Positions 12,682 to 25,519 of a DNA stretch of 64,000 nt are shown one piece after another; position 1 is the stretch's first letter, and each line of letters starts with the position of its first letter. The position numbers and the translations under genes are program-made. The notes beneath the pieces are model-generated. The model was not told the DNA's origin, made no database searches, and worked only from the letters and a program-made list of their open reading frames with translations. Location of the stretch: NCBI RefSeq assembly GCF_037042905.1, contig NW_026974141.1, positions 8,184,001-8,248,000 of the forward strand. The letters run 5' to 3'. This DNA comes from Lytechinus pictus. Its lineage: Eukaryota.

Positions 12682-14064
12682 TTTGAGTGATCACTGGAAA
12701 AAAAAAACTAACTCCCCGTCTTTTCATTTAATAGATGGAAGGGTTCGAGCAAAGTACCTTGACACTAATTGCAGTGAATATCCACACTGGGAAGCTTACT
12801 TGTATACTGCGTGAAAATAAAATTAATCATATCAAGCATGAGTGATCAAGCATTAATAGCAGAATTGGACATCACTACCCTAAGATCTGAAGTATATAAT
12901 ACCCCATGAATTTTCTAGCCATATTTTTAAACCTTTTTTCAGTAAGAAATGTATGATAATTACATTATTTGCAGTTGTTGCACAATATAAGCAATATTTG
13001 ACAAGACATTTGCTCGTGCATCATTTGCTCCACGCCTCCAAGCTTTAGTTCATCTAAAATGTGGAGTTAGGGTTAGGGCTTCACTAGGGTTTTATGTTAG
13101 AATAACTGTCGGTTTTAGGATAGGGTATAATGTTGAATTGATGGTTAATTTTAGTCATTCGATTAGTGTGTGGAATTTATAGCGGAGCAATTGTCGCCAT
13201 AGCAAATGCCATGTAACCATTTGATAGAGGTGCAACCCACGTCCTGTAGAGAAAAATGTTTCACCAATGTCATGTACTGATACTGTAATGCCTGGCTTTT
13301 AATAGGGATCATTCATTTCCAGAACGGGACAGGTTTAGTCAACAAAAACGAACAAGGTTGTCGTCTTCATTGAAATGGTAGAGAAATTTCCGATCTTATG
13401 TATTATCTCAGGGTTAGCTATTAGGATCGTGTTTGTTCGGGCTTATGAGGACATACCCTGTCTCTGGAGCAGACAAGGTGTGAAGGGTTGCTGTGTTGCT
13501 CCCCATGAGAAGTTTGTTCGTTCTCTGAGCTGAACCTAGCTCCAAGGTTGATTCTCTTAGCCTATCACCAGCTTCAGATTTAAAGGGAGTCATAAGCACG
13601 TGAGGAGGGTTTTTATTGTAGGAGAAGTGTCTTTATGAAGTCTTGCCCTTGCATAAATTCTACTGCAGTCTGTCCGTTTGGGTTCAGGGTGGTTTTCATC
13701 CAAAGCAGTGTCTATTCTCTAAGCAGGAGTGGTAGATTCTGTGATATCGATTCTAGGGGCGTTCCACAAAGAGTTGAGTCTGACTAAAGATTGCACTTGA
13801 ATTCACCGCCAGTAGCGTGTGGTATACAATGCATCATTGTATGGGTGGGATCACCCTCATGTACTGCAATGTTCTTTATCTCTCAAGCTTATTCTGCAGA
13901 TCAGGTATAAAACTGCTACTAATTATATACCAAGCATCATATTTCTTCAGACAATTTCATAGGATTGGGTTCTAATTTTCCTCTGATTTTTTCCACTCAG
14001 GCAATAGAGCACTGACAGCAGCATCAATAAGATTGCAAGAGCACCACAGACAATCCGCGGCACC

Positions 14065-14347
14065 ATGGGCGACGTCGACGCATGCGAAGTGGAGAGCGGG
14101 AAGCAGGAGTACACTCTAAGGCCACGGAACCGGGACTGGAAGGAGAGGACCAAGGTCTGGTTCAAGCGGAACCTCCTGATCATCTTCACGGTAGTGTCAG
14201 TATTTGTTGGAGTCTTCCTGGGGATGGGGCTAAGGGCGGCAGAACCTTCTAAAGATGCCATCCTTCTGATTGGATTCCCAGGGGATGTCCTCATGAGGCT
14301 CCTGAAGATGCTCATCCTACCCCTCATCGTCTCCAGCTTGATTACAG
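14065..14347 (+). CDS. SLC1A2: SLC1 transporter coding exon 1 (N-terminus, TM1-TM2); exon starts at 14001
   Basis: Acceptor ttttttccactcag ends 14000; in-frame TAG at 14005 upstream of strong Kozak GGCACCATGG; MGDVDACE...[11 protein letters not shown]; donor G|GTGGGT at 14348. Confidence 0.95.
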
Positions 14348-14984
14348 GTGGGTTTTGTTTTTTCCAGAACCTGTTGAACACGATTTGTTTTCATTATAGT
14401 ACACTTTACTTGCACTCTTGCCCAAAATATTTTGTGGGATGTTCTCAGAAAATGTTGCGATTCATTATCCCAGACATCTTTTGGCCTGTAGCCTTGCAAT
14501 CCCTAAATGCATTTTGGTTGAGGAATAACATGAAGGGATTGCCATTGCTCTTATCTGCTTGATGGCAAGTGATTGTTTGAGCTTGAGAATTCAAACAAGT
14601 TTGTATAACATTCATAACATGAATAATCATTCGTAATCTGCATTTACATTCAGATGTATAATGCATGGTTTCTGTTACGTTTGTTTAAGCAATAATGGAT
14701 AAATGGCCATTACAACATATTTGTGCTTGATGAGTCTCTCAGGCATTTTCGGAATCTACCACTTCTTGACTGAGAAAGATCCTACTTATTCCTTCATGAT
14801 GATGAGGGTCAAGAGGAAGAGTTACTTTTTCGGATGGATCAATTACTGAAATTTGATTTTTAAGCCCAAGCTATTTTGGCTCATTACCGAGGATCGTCAC
14901 TATCAACATATCGTGGTCTTGAGGTAAATGCTAATAAGGGACAAATGTACTCTTTAATGTCTTCGTCATCTACACCCTATCCAG

Positions 14985-15192
14985 GTCTGACCGGTCTTGA
15001 CGCCAGATCGAGTGGAAAGTTGGGCGGGAGGGCGCTGTTGTACTACTTCTGCACGACCTGCATCGCTGTCATCATTGGAATTATCCTGGTGGTCGCCATC
15101 CGCCCCGGGAGAGAGAACATCAAGAAGAACCTCGGAGACGGTAACCAAGTGAAGGAGCTAACGACCTTAGATGCATTCCTCGACCTCCTCAG
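14985..15192 (+). CDS. SLC1A2: SLC1 transporter coding exon 2 (TM3)
   Basis: ccag| GLTGLDARSSGKLGGRALLYYFCTTCIAVIIGIILVVAIRPG...DAFLDLL-R |gtaag; phase 1 to 2. Confidence 0.96.
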
Positions 15193-15377
15193 GTAAGAAT
15201 ATCCCAGGCTGTGTTACATGAATATTAGCGAAGAGGGACCAAAGCTTGATTTTATCTAACATTGGAAGGTAAGCAAGAGGATCTTAAAATTGCTTTCTTC
15301 CCAGACCTTTAGAATATGAATCATTTGGGTGATTTATTCAGGTGTTAAGAGTTCAATAGACACAAACTCAGAGGCCT

Positions 15378-15580
15378 GGGCCCTGTCTTACAAAGAGTTA
15401 CGATTGATCCGATCAATCGTAACTATGGAAAGCCAGCAATGTCAACATCTAGAATACATGTTTGTCTTTGTTTTCAAAGGACATTGAGCAAATTTCCAAA
15501 GGAAAAAAATATGACATTGATGGATTTCCATATACTTGAGATTGATCGGATCAATAATAACTCTTTGTAAGTCGGGGCCC
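15378..15580. mobile_element. Short MITE family 4; relatives at ~30714, ~46093-46420, ~51942-52163, ~58590, ~61780-61880
   Basis: GGGCCCTGTCTTACAAAGAGTT ... AACTCTTTGTAAGTCGGGGCCC; recurring CTTACAAAGAGTT.CGATTGATC core. Confidence 0.75.
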
Positions 15581-17019
15581 TCAATCATCAAGGAGATCAT
15601 TGATTTCTAAAGCATGCAAAGTAGAAGGGGATTTTATCCTTTTCCTCACTTGACTGATCGTCTTGGTAAAGAAAAGAGACAAAGAGAATTCATACGTTCC
15701 CTTCCTTTCAAGAAGAAAATTTCAGGTTATCAGCAGGGTAAATCTGCCAAGGGGTCTCAAACAAAAGCAGTTATGCACAAAAAGGGGTATCAGACATTCT
15801 AAAAAGACCATAAGGTGACAGATTCTCAAAATATTATTTCTGGCATAGAAAGCAGAAGCAATGTGAGGATTTCAAACGCAATCACAATTCATGTTTCAAT
15901 CATACAAGCTTTATTAAAGGCGAATGAAAACAAGTCAAAGTAATAAAGTTCAATTCTCATTTTGGTATTTGCGACATATGGTTCCAAAGCGGACCAGGAA
16001 GCCATATTTTGCAGGCCATTCCCCTGCCTCTATCTGGATCATAAGTTACTAAGTCTTAGGGAGGACGGATACCTGATCCTTAAATATTTTTAGAGTGTCA
16101 TATTATGGTCTTTTTAGAATGTCTTGGCCTGTTGGTTGGTTTCTATTGAACCCTTTACACTTAAATAAATGGTCAAAATGCTTCCTAATGCCAAAGGTCT
16201 AGGAATGTATTAATTTCAAGTTCCTCTTGCTTACCTGATAGAAATCAGCTCCGGTTTATCTTTGAAAGTTAATACCGAAATACTCACCCCCCTTGCATCT
16301 TGTACTTATATATCACTCTCAACGACCCCTGCCACCATACCCGGTGTCATGGTTCCCCTCAAAGCTGGAATCTACCTCTTTGTATGAAACAAACAGACTC
16401 AAAAAGACAAAGTAATATCCATGTCAAAAACCTAATTAATCATCATTTTTGGCTGAAATTACTTTATCTTTCCACCTTTTTTACGAAAGTGCATTGAGAC
16501 ATCTTTGTGATTCGCGCTATGTGAATATTACAACTTATTGTAAATCATCCAAATGTTTCAAACAAATATTCCAAGAGGTTGTCAAGCTTGCCTCTTTATC
16601 TGGCTAAAGTCTGCAGTGCATCTGTAGGCAAATTGATTCTTTGACAGTTATAGTAATCATGATGAAGAAAATGGCTAAAGTGTCTCCTTTGGTTCTGGTG
16701 GGTTTCAGCATAAACTCCAACTGGTTTTGCAGAGTGGTTTAAGGGAAACTGGTTCTGGCAAGTAGATGAGAATGGGGTCAAAGTGTGCTGAGAATTCTGC
16801 AGACTTTGAATTGAAACATGCGTGACTCACATGACGTGCGAACCCAGCTCATGCTCCGGGCCATGAAGCAAGCATTGTCCATTTAAACTTAATCTCTTTC
16901 ACATGCACAATGATCACAGACGGTGATTTGAGAATGGTGTCTGATCACTGAACTTTGCCGAGGAATATATATAAAACACACTCACATGTATGAAAAAAAG
17001 TGATAAGTTGCGAATACAT

Positions 17020-18420
17020 GTAGGTCTTCACCCACTTCATCTACTTTCCCTTTGGTCTCATACCACATGGACTTATCCTAACTCGTCTACAACCAGTTCA
17101 TCTACGAATCATTTGATCTAATTGACATTCCCCAAAAATGATTTAGGCCTAGCTATTTTGTCTTAAACCCATTTGGTCTTAAATTGTTGATTGGTCTACA
17201 TCCGCTTCATCTACTCCTTTGGTCTTGCCCCACTTGGTCTGATCCCTACTTGATCTAATCCTTCTTGGTCTAATCTTACTTGGTCTAATCACACTTGGTC
17301 TAATCACACTTTGTCTAATCCTACTTCGTCTAAACCTATTTGGCCTAATCCATCTTGGTATAATCCTACTTGATCTAATCCCACTTGGTCTAATCCCACT
17401 TGGTCTAATCTTACTTGGTCTAATCCCTACTTGGTCTAATCCTACTTGATCCAACCCTACTTGGTCTAATCCTAATTGGTCTTACCCCACTTGGTCTAAT
17501 CCCTACTTGGTCTAATCCTACTTGGCCTAATATTACTTTGTCTAATCCTACTTTGTCTAATCCTACTTGGTCTAATCCTACTTGGTCTAATCCTGCTTGA
17601 TCTAATTCTACTTTGTCTAATTCTACTTTGTCTAATCTTACTTGGTCTAATCACACTTGGTCTAATCACACTTTGTCTAATCCTACTTTGTCTAAACCTA
17701 TTTGGCCTAATCCATCTTGGTATAATCCTACTTGATCTAATCCCACTTGGTCTAATCCCACTTGGTCTAATCTCACTTGGTCTAATCCCTACTTGGTCTA
17801 ATCCTACTTGATCCAACCCTACTTGGTCTAATCCTAATTGGTCTTACCCCACTTGGTCTAATCCCTACTTGGTCTAATCCTACTTGGCCTAATATTACTT
17901 TGTCTAATCCTACTTTGTCTAATCCTACTTGGTCTAATCCTACTTGGTCTAATCCTGCTTGATCTAATTCTACTTTGTCTAATTCTACTTTGTCTAATTC
18001 TACTTGGTCTAATCCTACTTGGTCTAATCCTGCTTTGTCTAATCGTACTTTGTCTACAACTACGTCATCTGCCATTACCATTTGGTTTATGTGCCAAAAA
18101 CCCATTTCCCATTTTGTCTACTTTTCAGTAAGACTTTACCCATTTGTCTAATATTCACTTGATCTAAAACCACATGGTCTAACATCTCTTGCTCCATATG
18201 GTCAGATGAACTGTTTATGAACCACTTTTCCATTTGACAAATAAAATATAATAGTAGACAAGGTTGAAGTTAGACCAAATGGGCATTGGAATATATAAGA
18301 ATTAGACTAAAATGGTATTAGACCAAGTTAAGTTTACACCATGCAAATAGTAGACCATTTGGTGTTGGACTAACTGACAAGTAGACCAACTGCTTGTAGG
18401 CCAAGTGAATATAGACTGAA
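17020..18420. repeat. Expanded foldback-type repeat with a 15-bp minisatellite (CTACTTGGTCTAATC)n; shorter relatives at ~6352-6755, ~22297-22715, ~30850-31155
   Basis: TGGTCTA-type units on the left, TAGACCA-type units on the right; homogeneous array ~17235-18060. Confidence 0.85.
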
Positions 18421-18814
18421 CAAAATTAATAGTCACCACAAACCACTGACAGTTAAAATGGACCATAGATCTGGGGACCAACTGGGTTGATATTTCTGAA
18501 TTAGATCAGTGAGGTAAGCTGAATTTCCTCTGCATTTAATCAAGTACTTGTAATGGTTATTGTTGGTCAATTTTCCTGCATATTATATATCATATTAAAG
18601 CTTAGGAAATGAATTTTCAAGCCCAATAAAAATCTCAATATTCTTTGGGTTGATTTGTTGGTGGTTTCGGGGTGGCAGGCCACAAAATCACAAACCATTG
18701 ACAGTTCATGAACCATAATTGTGGAACACATTACAAAATACTAATAGTTCATTACTCTGATATTCATTCTTGATTTATTTTCATCGTTCTTCCATTAAAA
18801 TGTTTTTCATAATT

Positions 18815-19844
18815 TTTATTGTCTCGCCTGCATAGCAGAGCGAGACTATAGGCGCCGCTTTTCCGACGGCGACGGCGGCGGCGGCGGCGTCAACATCAAA
18901 TCTTAACCTAAGGTTAAGTTTTTGAAATGACATCATAACTTAGAAAGTATATGGACCTAGTTCATGAAACTTGGACATAAGGTTAATCAAGTATTACTGA
19001 ACATCCTGCCTGAGTTTCAGGTCACATGACCAAGGTCAAAGGTCATTTAGGGTCAATGAACTTAGACCATGTTGGGAAAATTATTTTCAAAATCTTAACC
19101 GAAGGTTAAGTTTTTTAAATGACATCATAACTTAAAAAGTATATGGACCTAGTTCATGAAACTTGGGCATAAGGTTAATCAAGTATTAGTGAACATCCTG
19201 CTCGAGTTTCAGGTCACGTGACCAAGGTCAAAGGTCATTTAGGGTCAATGAACTTTGGTTAAGTTGGGGGCATTTGTTGAATTACTATCATAACTTTGAA
19301 GATTTATGGATCTAGTCCATGAAACTTGGACATAAGGTTAATCAAGTATTAGTGAACATCCTGCCTGAGTTTCAGGTCACATGACCAAGGTCAAAGGTCA
19401 TTAAAGGTCAATGAACTTTGGCCGTGTTGGGGGTATTTGTTGAATTACCATCCTAACTCTGAAAGTTTATGGATCTAGTTCATAAAACTTGGGATATAAG
19501 AGTAATCAAGCTTCACTGAACATCCCCTGTGAGTTTCAGGTCACAAAACCAAGTCAAAGGTCAGTTAAGGTCAATAAACTTAGGCCATGTTGGGGTAATT
19601 GTTGAAGTGCCATCATAACTTTGAAAGTTTATGGATAGAGAATGAATGAAATGTGGACATGGATGTAGTTGACAAGTCTTAAGTCACCGTTCAAATGTCA
19701 TCTATGGTCAATGAACGTGGTATTATATCATTATATGAATGGTGTTTTTGTGAATGATTATTTTATAGTAGTTTTCAAAGTTAGCACTGCTGCTATGTTA
19801 AATTGCGTAGTGCAGGCGAGACTGCCAGAGGCGTTCCACTTGTT
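18815..19844 (+). mobile_element. Helentron-associated non-autonomous element (HINE/DINE-1/pearl-like architecture)
   Basis: T-run start; subTIR GTCTCGCCTGCA (18821) with nearby partial inverse GCGAGAC; (GGC)n microsatellite; about four tandem 163-192 bp units; 3' subTIR TGCAGGCGAGAC (19811) and a short tail ending in TT. Confidence 0.8.
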
Positions 19845-19970
19845 GTTATCAAAACCACCTTGATCCATGGTGGACTTCACTTTAATTTATTGCCATTTCC
19901 AAATAACTGGGTCATGTATGAATGATGCATGATAGCCAGATTCGAGGATGCCTGTTTTTTTACAATCTAT

Positions 19971-20372
19971 GACCCCGTTCTCATTACTGTCCTTAAAACC
20001 AGTTTACTGGAAACTAGTTTTAAGATGTAATGAGAACGGTCAAAGCGGTCTCGGAAGTGATATTCCACACCGGTTCAGAAAACCACCTCGCGATGTAGTT
20101 TTCAAGATCGCTTTGCCCCGTTAAACTGGTTTAATGTTCGTCGGGAAAAGCGGCCTTCGCACATGTCGTGTGGAGAATCCCTACGCTGCGGTTTCAAATT
20201 TCATGCGAAACTGAGAACATACCCGTAGCAACAAGATCGCTTTTCGTGAAGTGGTTTAAAAAAAAACACTTTTTGGTGATCGAATGGGAACGCTAGTATA
20301 GCGATATTCTAAACTGGTTTCCTGAACAGTTTTGAGTAAACTAGGTTTTAGGTTTGTAATGAGAACGGGGTC
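19971..20372. mobile_element. MITE family 2, copy 1
   Basis: GACCCCGTTCTCATTAC...GTAATGAGAACGGGGTC, flanked by TAT/TAT; homologous to 21093-21556. Confidence 0.8.
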
Positions 20373-21092
20373 TATCTTTAATTTCTTTATGGAATAATAC
20401 ATCAATTTTGAGGTCAAGTTGATTTTATGAGGCTACTTGTCATTGTGAGACATAAGCTATTCATCTTGTCTCGAAATATATCAACATGAATTATGTTTGA
20501 AATTGCTAGACCTCTGAAAATATTCTTGGTCATGCTTCAAATCATGCTTCAACTGCTCCAAAACAGAGGTGATATATTGAACAGATTTCACTATCTCATA
20601 ATTTCCTGGTAGTGACAAAAAGATAGACCTCTTGGTCCAAACTGAGTTCCCATAGCAGTTTTGTTTTATGTGTGATTGGTAATACATATTTTAATACAAT
20701 ATGATTAAAACATAATTTTCTTTGAGTGTGTGCTTGTGCATAAAAAAATTGTTGGTGGGGGATAGGGGTTCATTTAAACCCCTTCTTTATTAAAACTTTC
20801 TTTGGTTTGCATAAACAGACACGTGATAAGGGTTACACCATGATTTTTATGTCGTGAGAATGGTGTCTATATGTGATAAATGTCTCATTAAATTGCTAAA
20901 ATCTGGATACCAGCGTGCATTGTCTTTTATAATGTACATTATCAACCATGCATTCACTGCAAATAATGAACTCTTGACTGTGCAGTGTAATGAACAGTGA
21001 TAAGATAAATGTCTTTTGCAGTCATGTGAACAATCATTTTAAAAGAAGTATGTAAGATGAATTTTGAGGCCTTTATCATTGTAAGTCTATTA

Positions 21093-21556
21093 GAGGCTGT
21101 TCTCACTACGTTCCTAAAACTAGTTTACTGGAAACTAGTTTAGTGGAAACTAGTTTCACGCGTAGTGAGAACGGTCAAAGCGGTCTTGGAAGCGATCTTC
21201 CAAACCAGTTTGGAAAACCACCTCGCGATGTAGTTTTCAAGATCGCTTTGCGTCGTTAAACTGGTTTTAGCGTAAGCGAGGACACAACCGTTCTTCGGGA
21301 AGCGATCTTCGCACATTTTGAGCGCGCTACTCCACACGACAGGTGTAGAATGCCTATGCTGCGATAATGAATTTCGCGCGAAACGTGTCACCCCACTGAG
21401 AGCGTTTCCATAGCAACAAGAGCGCTTTACGTGAAGTGATTTTGAAAACCACTTTCGTGTGATCAAGTGGGAACGCTAGCAAAGCGATCTTCCAAAGTGG
21501 TTTCCTGAATCTGTTTCCAGTACACTAGTTTTAGAAAGCGTAATGAGAACGGCCTC
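21093..21556. mobile_element. MITE family 2, copy 2 (PIF/Harbinger-like)
   Basis: GAGGCTGTTCTCACTACG...CGTAATGAGAACGGCCTC, flanked by TTA/TTA. Confidence 0.8.
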
Positions 21557-21657
21557 TTATGCAGTCAAACATGTGTTATTGGCCACTGGTCTATAGCAAC
21601 CACCTACCGAAAGTAACCACTAGAAGTAGAACCAATTTCCAGATTGTGTGTATAGTA

Positions 21658-22127
21658 TACGAATAATGAATGTTTATGAGTGCAATGGACAGAATACTTC
21701 ATGAGGTGAAAGATGAAATGATCCATTTAACGAGGCGTATATGGCGTAGCCGAGTTGAATGAATCATTTCATCTTTCACCAAATGAAGTATTCTGTCCAT
21801 TTTAATGAAAAAAAATCATTATTTGGTTTATATGACACCTAAAAAATGATTTTTTTTTCATATGAAATTCATGAATTTCGATGCAAAACATGCTCATGCA
21901 GTGCGAGTTCGGTCTGTTGATTGTTACGTCATTACACCATGCGCACTGCTGGTGCATGAGCTGCAGTCTCGGTGCGCGAGTGCAATGGTCAAAGTCGTAT
22001 GGATCCAAAGTTGCACGATGAATGGATCCAAAATTGCACGGTTGATGACGTCATTGCAAAATGGGCTGAATGAATGATATCAAACAACCAATCAAATCAC
22101 AAGGATCTATCTAGGTGTCATATGATA
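21658..22127. mobile_element. Unclassified non-autonomous element with an asymmetric double inverted-repeat structure
   Basis: ~48 bp hairpin arms 21684-21731/21754-21801 around a GAGGCG..AGCCGAG loop; second inverted pair ATATGACACCTA (~21830) / TAGGTGTCATAT (~22112). Confidence 0.6.
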
Positions 22128-22843
22128 GTCTATAGCAGTCACCTGTCTATTGAGACCACATTTTATGGATGGTCACTATATAGACACGTTTCACTGCATT
22201 ACATTTTGACCTGTTTGATTGGAGCCAAACATATGAAATGATAAAGAATGGCTAAGAATCAAATACACTATCCATGGCAGAGGACCATGTGTGTGTAGGT
22301 TTATTTCCGATTGGTCCAATGTCAATTCGTCTAATTCCCAACTCGTCTACTATCATTTGGTCTACCATCAGTTCGTCTACTACCACATGGTCAACCTGCC
22401 ATTTCGTCCACTCATCATTTCGTCTGATAGCCACTTTGTCCAATAGCCATTTTGTCAATGTACCATTTGGTCTAATTAGACTACGTGTTAATTGGGCGAA
22501 ATGATTGAACACAAAATAGGTCGTAGACCAGCTGGTTATAAGAGGAAATGCTAATAGTTGAACTGGTGATTAGACGAAGTGATAATTTCTCCAAATGGTT
22601 ATTGGACCAAATGGCTGAAAGGCGAAATGTTGATCGACGGAATGGCATTAGACTAAATGAAGGTAGACCATGTGATGTTTGGACTAGTTGGCGATAGACG
22701 AATCGGCAGTTTACCATGTGTGTAGGGCGTGATTTGCCCAGTCATTCTGATAACACATTGCCTTTCTACAAAGAAGACCACCCTAATACATATTTCCTAC
22801 ATGTGTAGAAACCACAGAGATTGCTTAAAAGATGGAATTACTT

Positions 22844-23244
22844 TAGACGGTGCTGCACCATCCCGAGTTTGCTCAATCTCGAGATTTTAGCCCGATCGGC
22901 CCTCTTCGCAATTAATCGCGAGAATCAAGAAACCCCGTCTCCACCATCGCAAGAAGAGCGATTCCTGCTCGGGCGAGGCATCGATGCATTATGGTCTGAC
23001 GCCGTGAATATATAATCCCGAGTGCGTCTGCACCTGCGAATTAGCGCGATAATTCGTAAAGTAGCGCGCTATTTTGCAAATAATCCCAAGTTGACTTGGG
23101 ATTGCAATCTCGAGATTAATCCTACGAACAAGCGCGATAATTGCGTCTCCATTACAAATAATCTTGAGATTGTTCAGATCGAGATAATTTGCCGGATCAG
23201 AAATAGCGCGCTAATTTGAAAACTCGGGATGGTGCAGACGGCCC
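22844..23244. mobile_element. MITE family 3, copy 2
   Basis: TGCACCATCCCGAGTTT ... AAACTCGGGATGGTGCA inverted ends. Confidence 0.75.
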
Positions 23245-23599
23245 TTAAAAAAGCAGATTTTCTTTCCAATATAAAGGACAAGACATGCATGAGTGACTTA
23301 GTCCACATTGTAGAAAAGTGCAGTTCATGTGATTGTGATATTTTCCGACAGGATGTGGGAAATGTCACCTTGATCATTCACTCGCATCATTAAAAAAAAA
23401 AGAAGTGATTTTACCCCCAAATGTTCCCACCAGTTTTTGGTGTTACTCATGTTTCTTGCCTTCAAGTGAATGTGTACAGGAAGCATGTGGCGGTCCCTAC
23501 TGTTGAGTCTATAGGAATGACATAGTTCAGTGGTTGATTGATGAATCTTCCACACTAGTCACTCCATTAATGTTGTCCCTTAAATTGGTCGTTTCTCGT

Positions 23600-24130
23600 T
23601 TCTCTTTTATATCTGCCTCTCCCCCCCCCCCCCCCCCCGTCTTTCTCTAATATCTTGTAATTTTTTTTCTTTTTCCATTTATCTCTCCCTGTATTTCTCC
23701 CCCTCTCTATCTCTTTCTTTTGATTCCTATAAATTCTGTCTCCCTATTTTTTTTTTATCCTCGCACGCCTCTTTCTCCTGTTAACCCATGCATATTGCTT
23801 TCTCCTCTTTCTCTCCCTTTCTCTCTCTCTCTCTCTCTATATTCAATATATATCTTTGTGTCTATATCTCATTTGACTCCTCTCTCTCCTTTCGCTCCCT
23901 CCCTACTTCATTCTATCTCCCATCCTTTTGTGATATTCTATCTTTTTGTTTTCTATCAATATGTTCCTCTTTGTTTCTCCTCTCTATTTCTTTCTCTTCA
24001 ACCCCCTCTTCTAAGTTCTATCTCCCTCTCTTTCCCTTCTCTTCTCTCTTGTATCTCTTTTTCTATCCTTCCCTCTATCCCTCCATTTCTGTACTTCCCA
24101 TCCATCTCTCTCTCTCTCTCTCCCTTCAAA
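23600..24130. repeat. CT-rich low-complexity tract; similar tracts at ~25190-25370 and ~29800-30410
   Basis: Polypyrimidine composition. Confidence 0.85.
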
Positions 24131-24559
24131 TGCTGTCAAAGCCAAAGTCCAAGCACATTTACCCATTTCTATTTGACTTCAAACCATAGGACAACAAAAG
24201 CCACGAAAGGCATCATTCAACTTCCCCCTGACAAGTTTGCGCAGCGCATTCTTTCCCTGTCATAATACCATTGTGCTATTCTAACTCGAGTCCAACACAA
24301 TACAAAATATGATTTGCACTCGCTTTGCATGAAATGTAGAAAATACATCTTGCTCTATTGTTATTATTATACATAATCCCTATTGAATTCCACTCAGGCA
24401 ATTGCCGGAGGCTGGGCAAAGTAAAATTTGTTGTGTAGGTGTACTTTTTAGCTGTTGAAATGGGTCCCGGTTGCACAGTCTTTTTTCCTCTACAAAAATG
24501 AATAATTTCTTTATGTTAAAGCCTTTGGTAACGGCTCACTATAAATGTGAATGATGTAA

Positions 24560-24895
24560 TAATAATAATGTTCCGCTCTCATAAAGCACTTAATACATTA
24601 GAACAATGTCTCTTAGCGCTTTCCGGATATATTATTACCCCGGTCATCGGATTCTGGCATACCCGCATGCAATGTATGCATTTTCTCCACTCCTGGGGAG
24701 CATTCCAACAAGAGTTCCAAGACTCAATTGCTAGGCCTACTACATAGGCTTTCACATCCTACGGGGTACCCATTTAACACCTGGGTGGGGAATGAGGATT
24801 GGCGCTTTGTCAAAGGACACCAGGCCATGGTTGGATTCGAACACACAACCCTCTCATTACAAGGCGAGAGTCAGAAGCTCTACACAACGACGCTT
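24560..24895 (-). mobile_element. tRNA-derived SINE, related subfamily; another copy at ~36410-36650
   Basis: (AAT)n tail, GGTACCCATTT..CACCTGGGTGG core, GGATTCGAAC (reverse-complement box B). Confidence 0.75.
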
Positions 24896-25519
24896 ATTTA
24901 GAGTATGATTGAACAATTCAACATTGTAAACGAATAGTAGTTTGTATGAATGTTACCTTTATTAGTGGAAAGTTAGCGCCCTATCTTGATATTTTTAATT
25001 TTATTTGAAGACTCCATTAATTTTTGACACGTATCTTACAAATTTTGTGATTATATATTAGAAAGCTACAAAAATATCGAATCCTAATTTTTTTCAGCCC
25101 ATATCATGCTTCAGATTAAGAAATGGTTTCAGAGAAAAGAGAAAGAGAAACCAAATGAAATTTATTTTTGTACTCTTTTTTTTGTGTGTGAAATCTCTCT
25201 TTTACTTGGACTTTCTTCCTATCCCTTTCCCTTTCCCTCTTTTTCTTTATCCTTCTCTTCCTCTGTTTTCTTTCCTTTTCCTCATCCTCATTCTCTTTCC
25301 ATCTTTCTCACTCACCATCCCTCCCTCTTTCACTCCATACCCCCCCCCCCCCCATTTTCCCCACCCTCCTCAAAACAACAAAGAAAACCCAAGCATAAAT
25401 TGATAAGAGGATTTATATTCTTGCAAATCGACAATGATAGATAGATAGTGTTTGATAGATGCGAATGGGATCCAGCCTGTTTCCTCTCATCTATATTACT
25501 GCCTCGATACATCACTTCC

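Noticed and set aside
13900-14000. TATAAAA at 13906 as the SLC1 promoter
   Set aside because: A clean splice acceptor at 14000 points to an upstream non-coding exon, and a lone TATA in AT-rich DNA is not enough evidence.
13947-14381. Antisense ORFs over exons (also 35332-35652, 61989-62279)
   Set aside because: Shadow frames of GC-rich coding exons with no recognisable protein.
17179-18105. Pentapeptide-repeat ORFs (IRPSR/LDQVG)n resembling protamine or pentapeptide-repeat proteins
   Set aside because: Products of a 15-bp minisatellite with 16-bp units that shift frame; no splice or start context.
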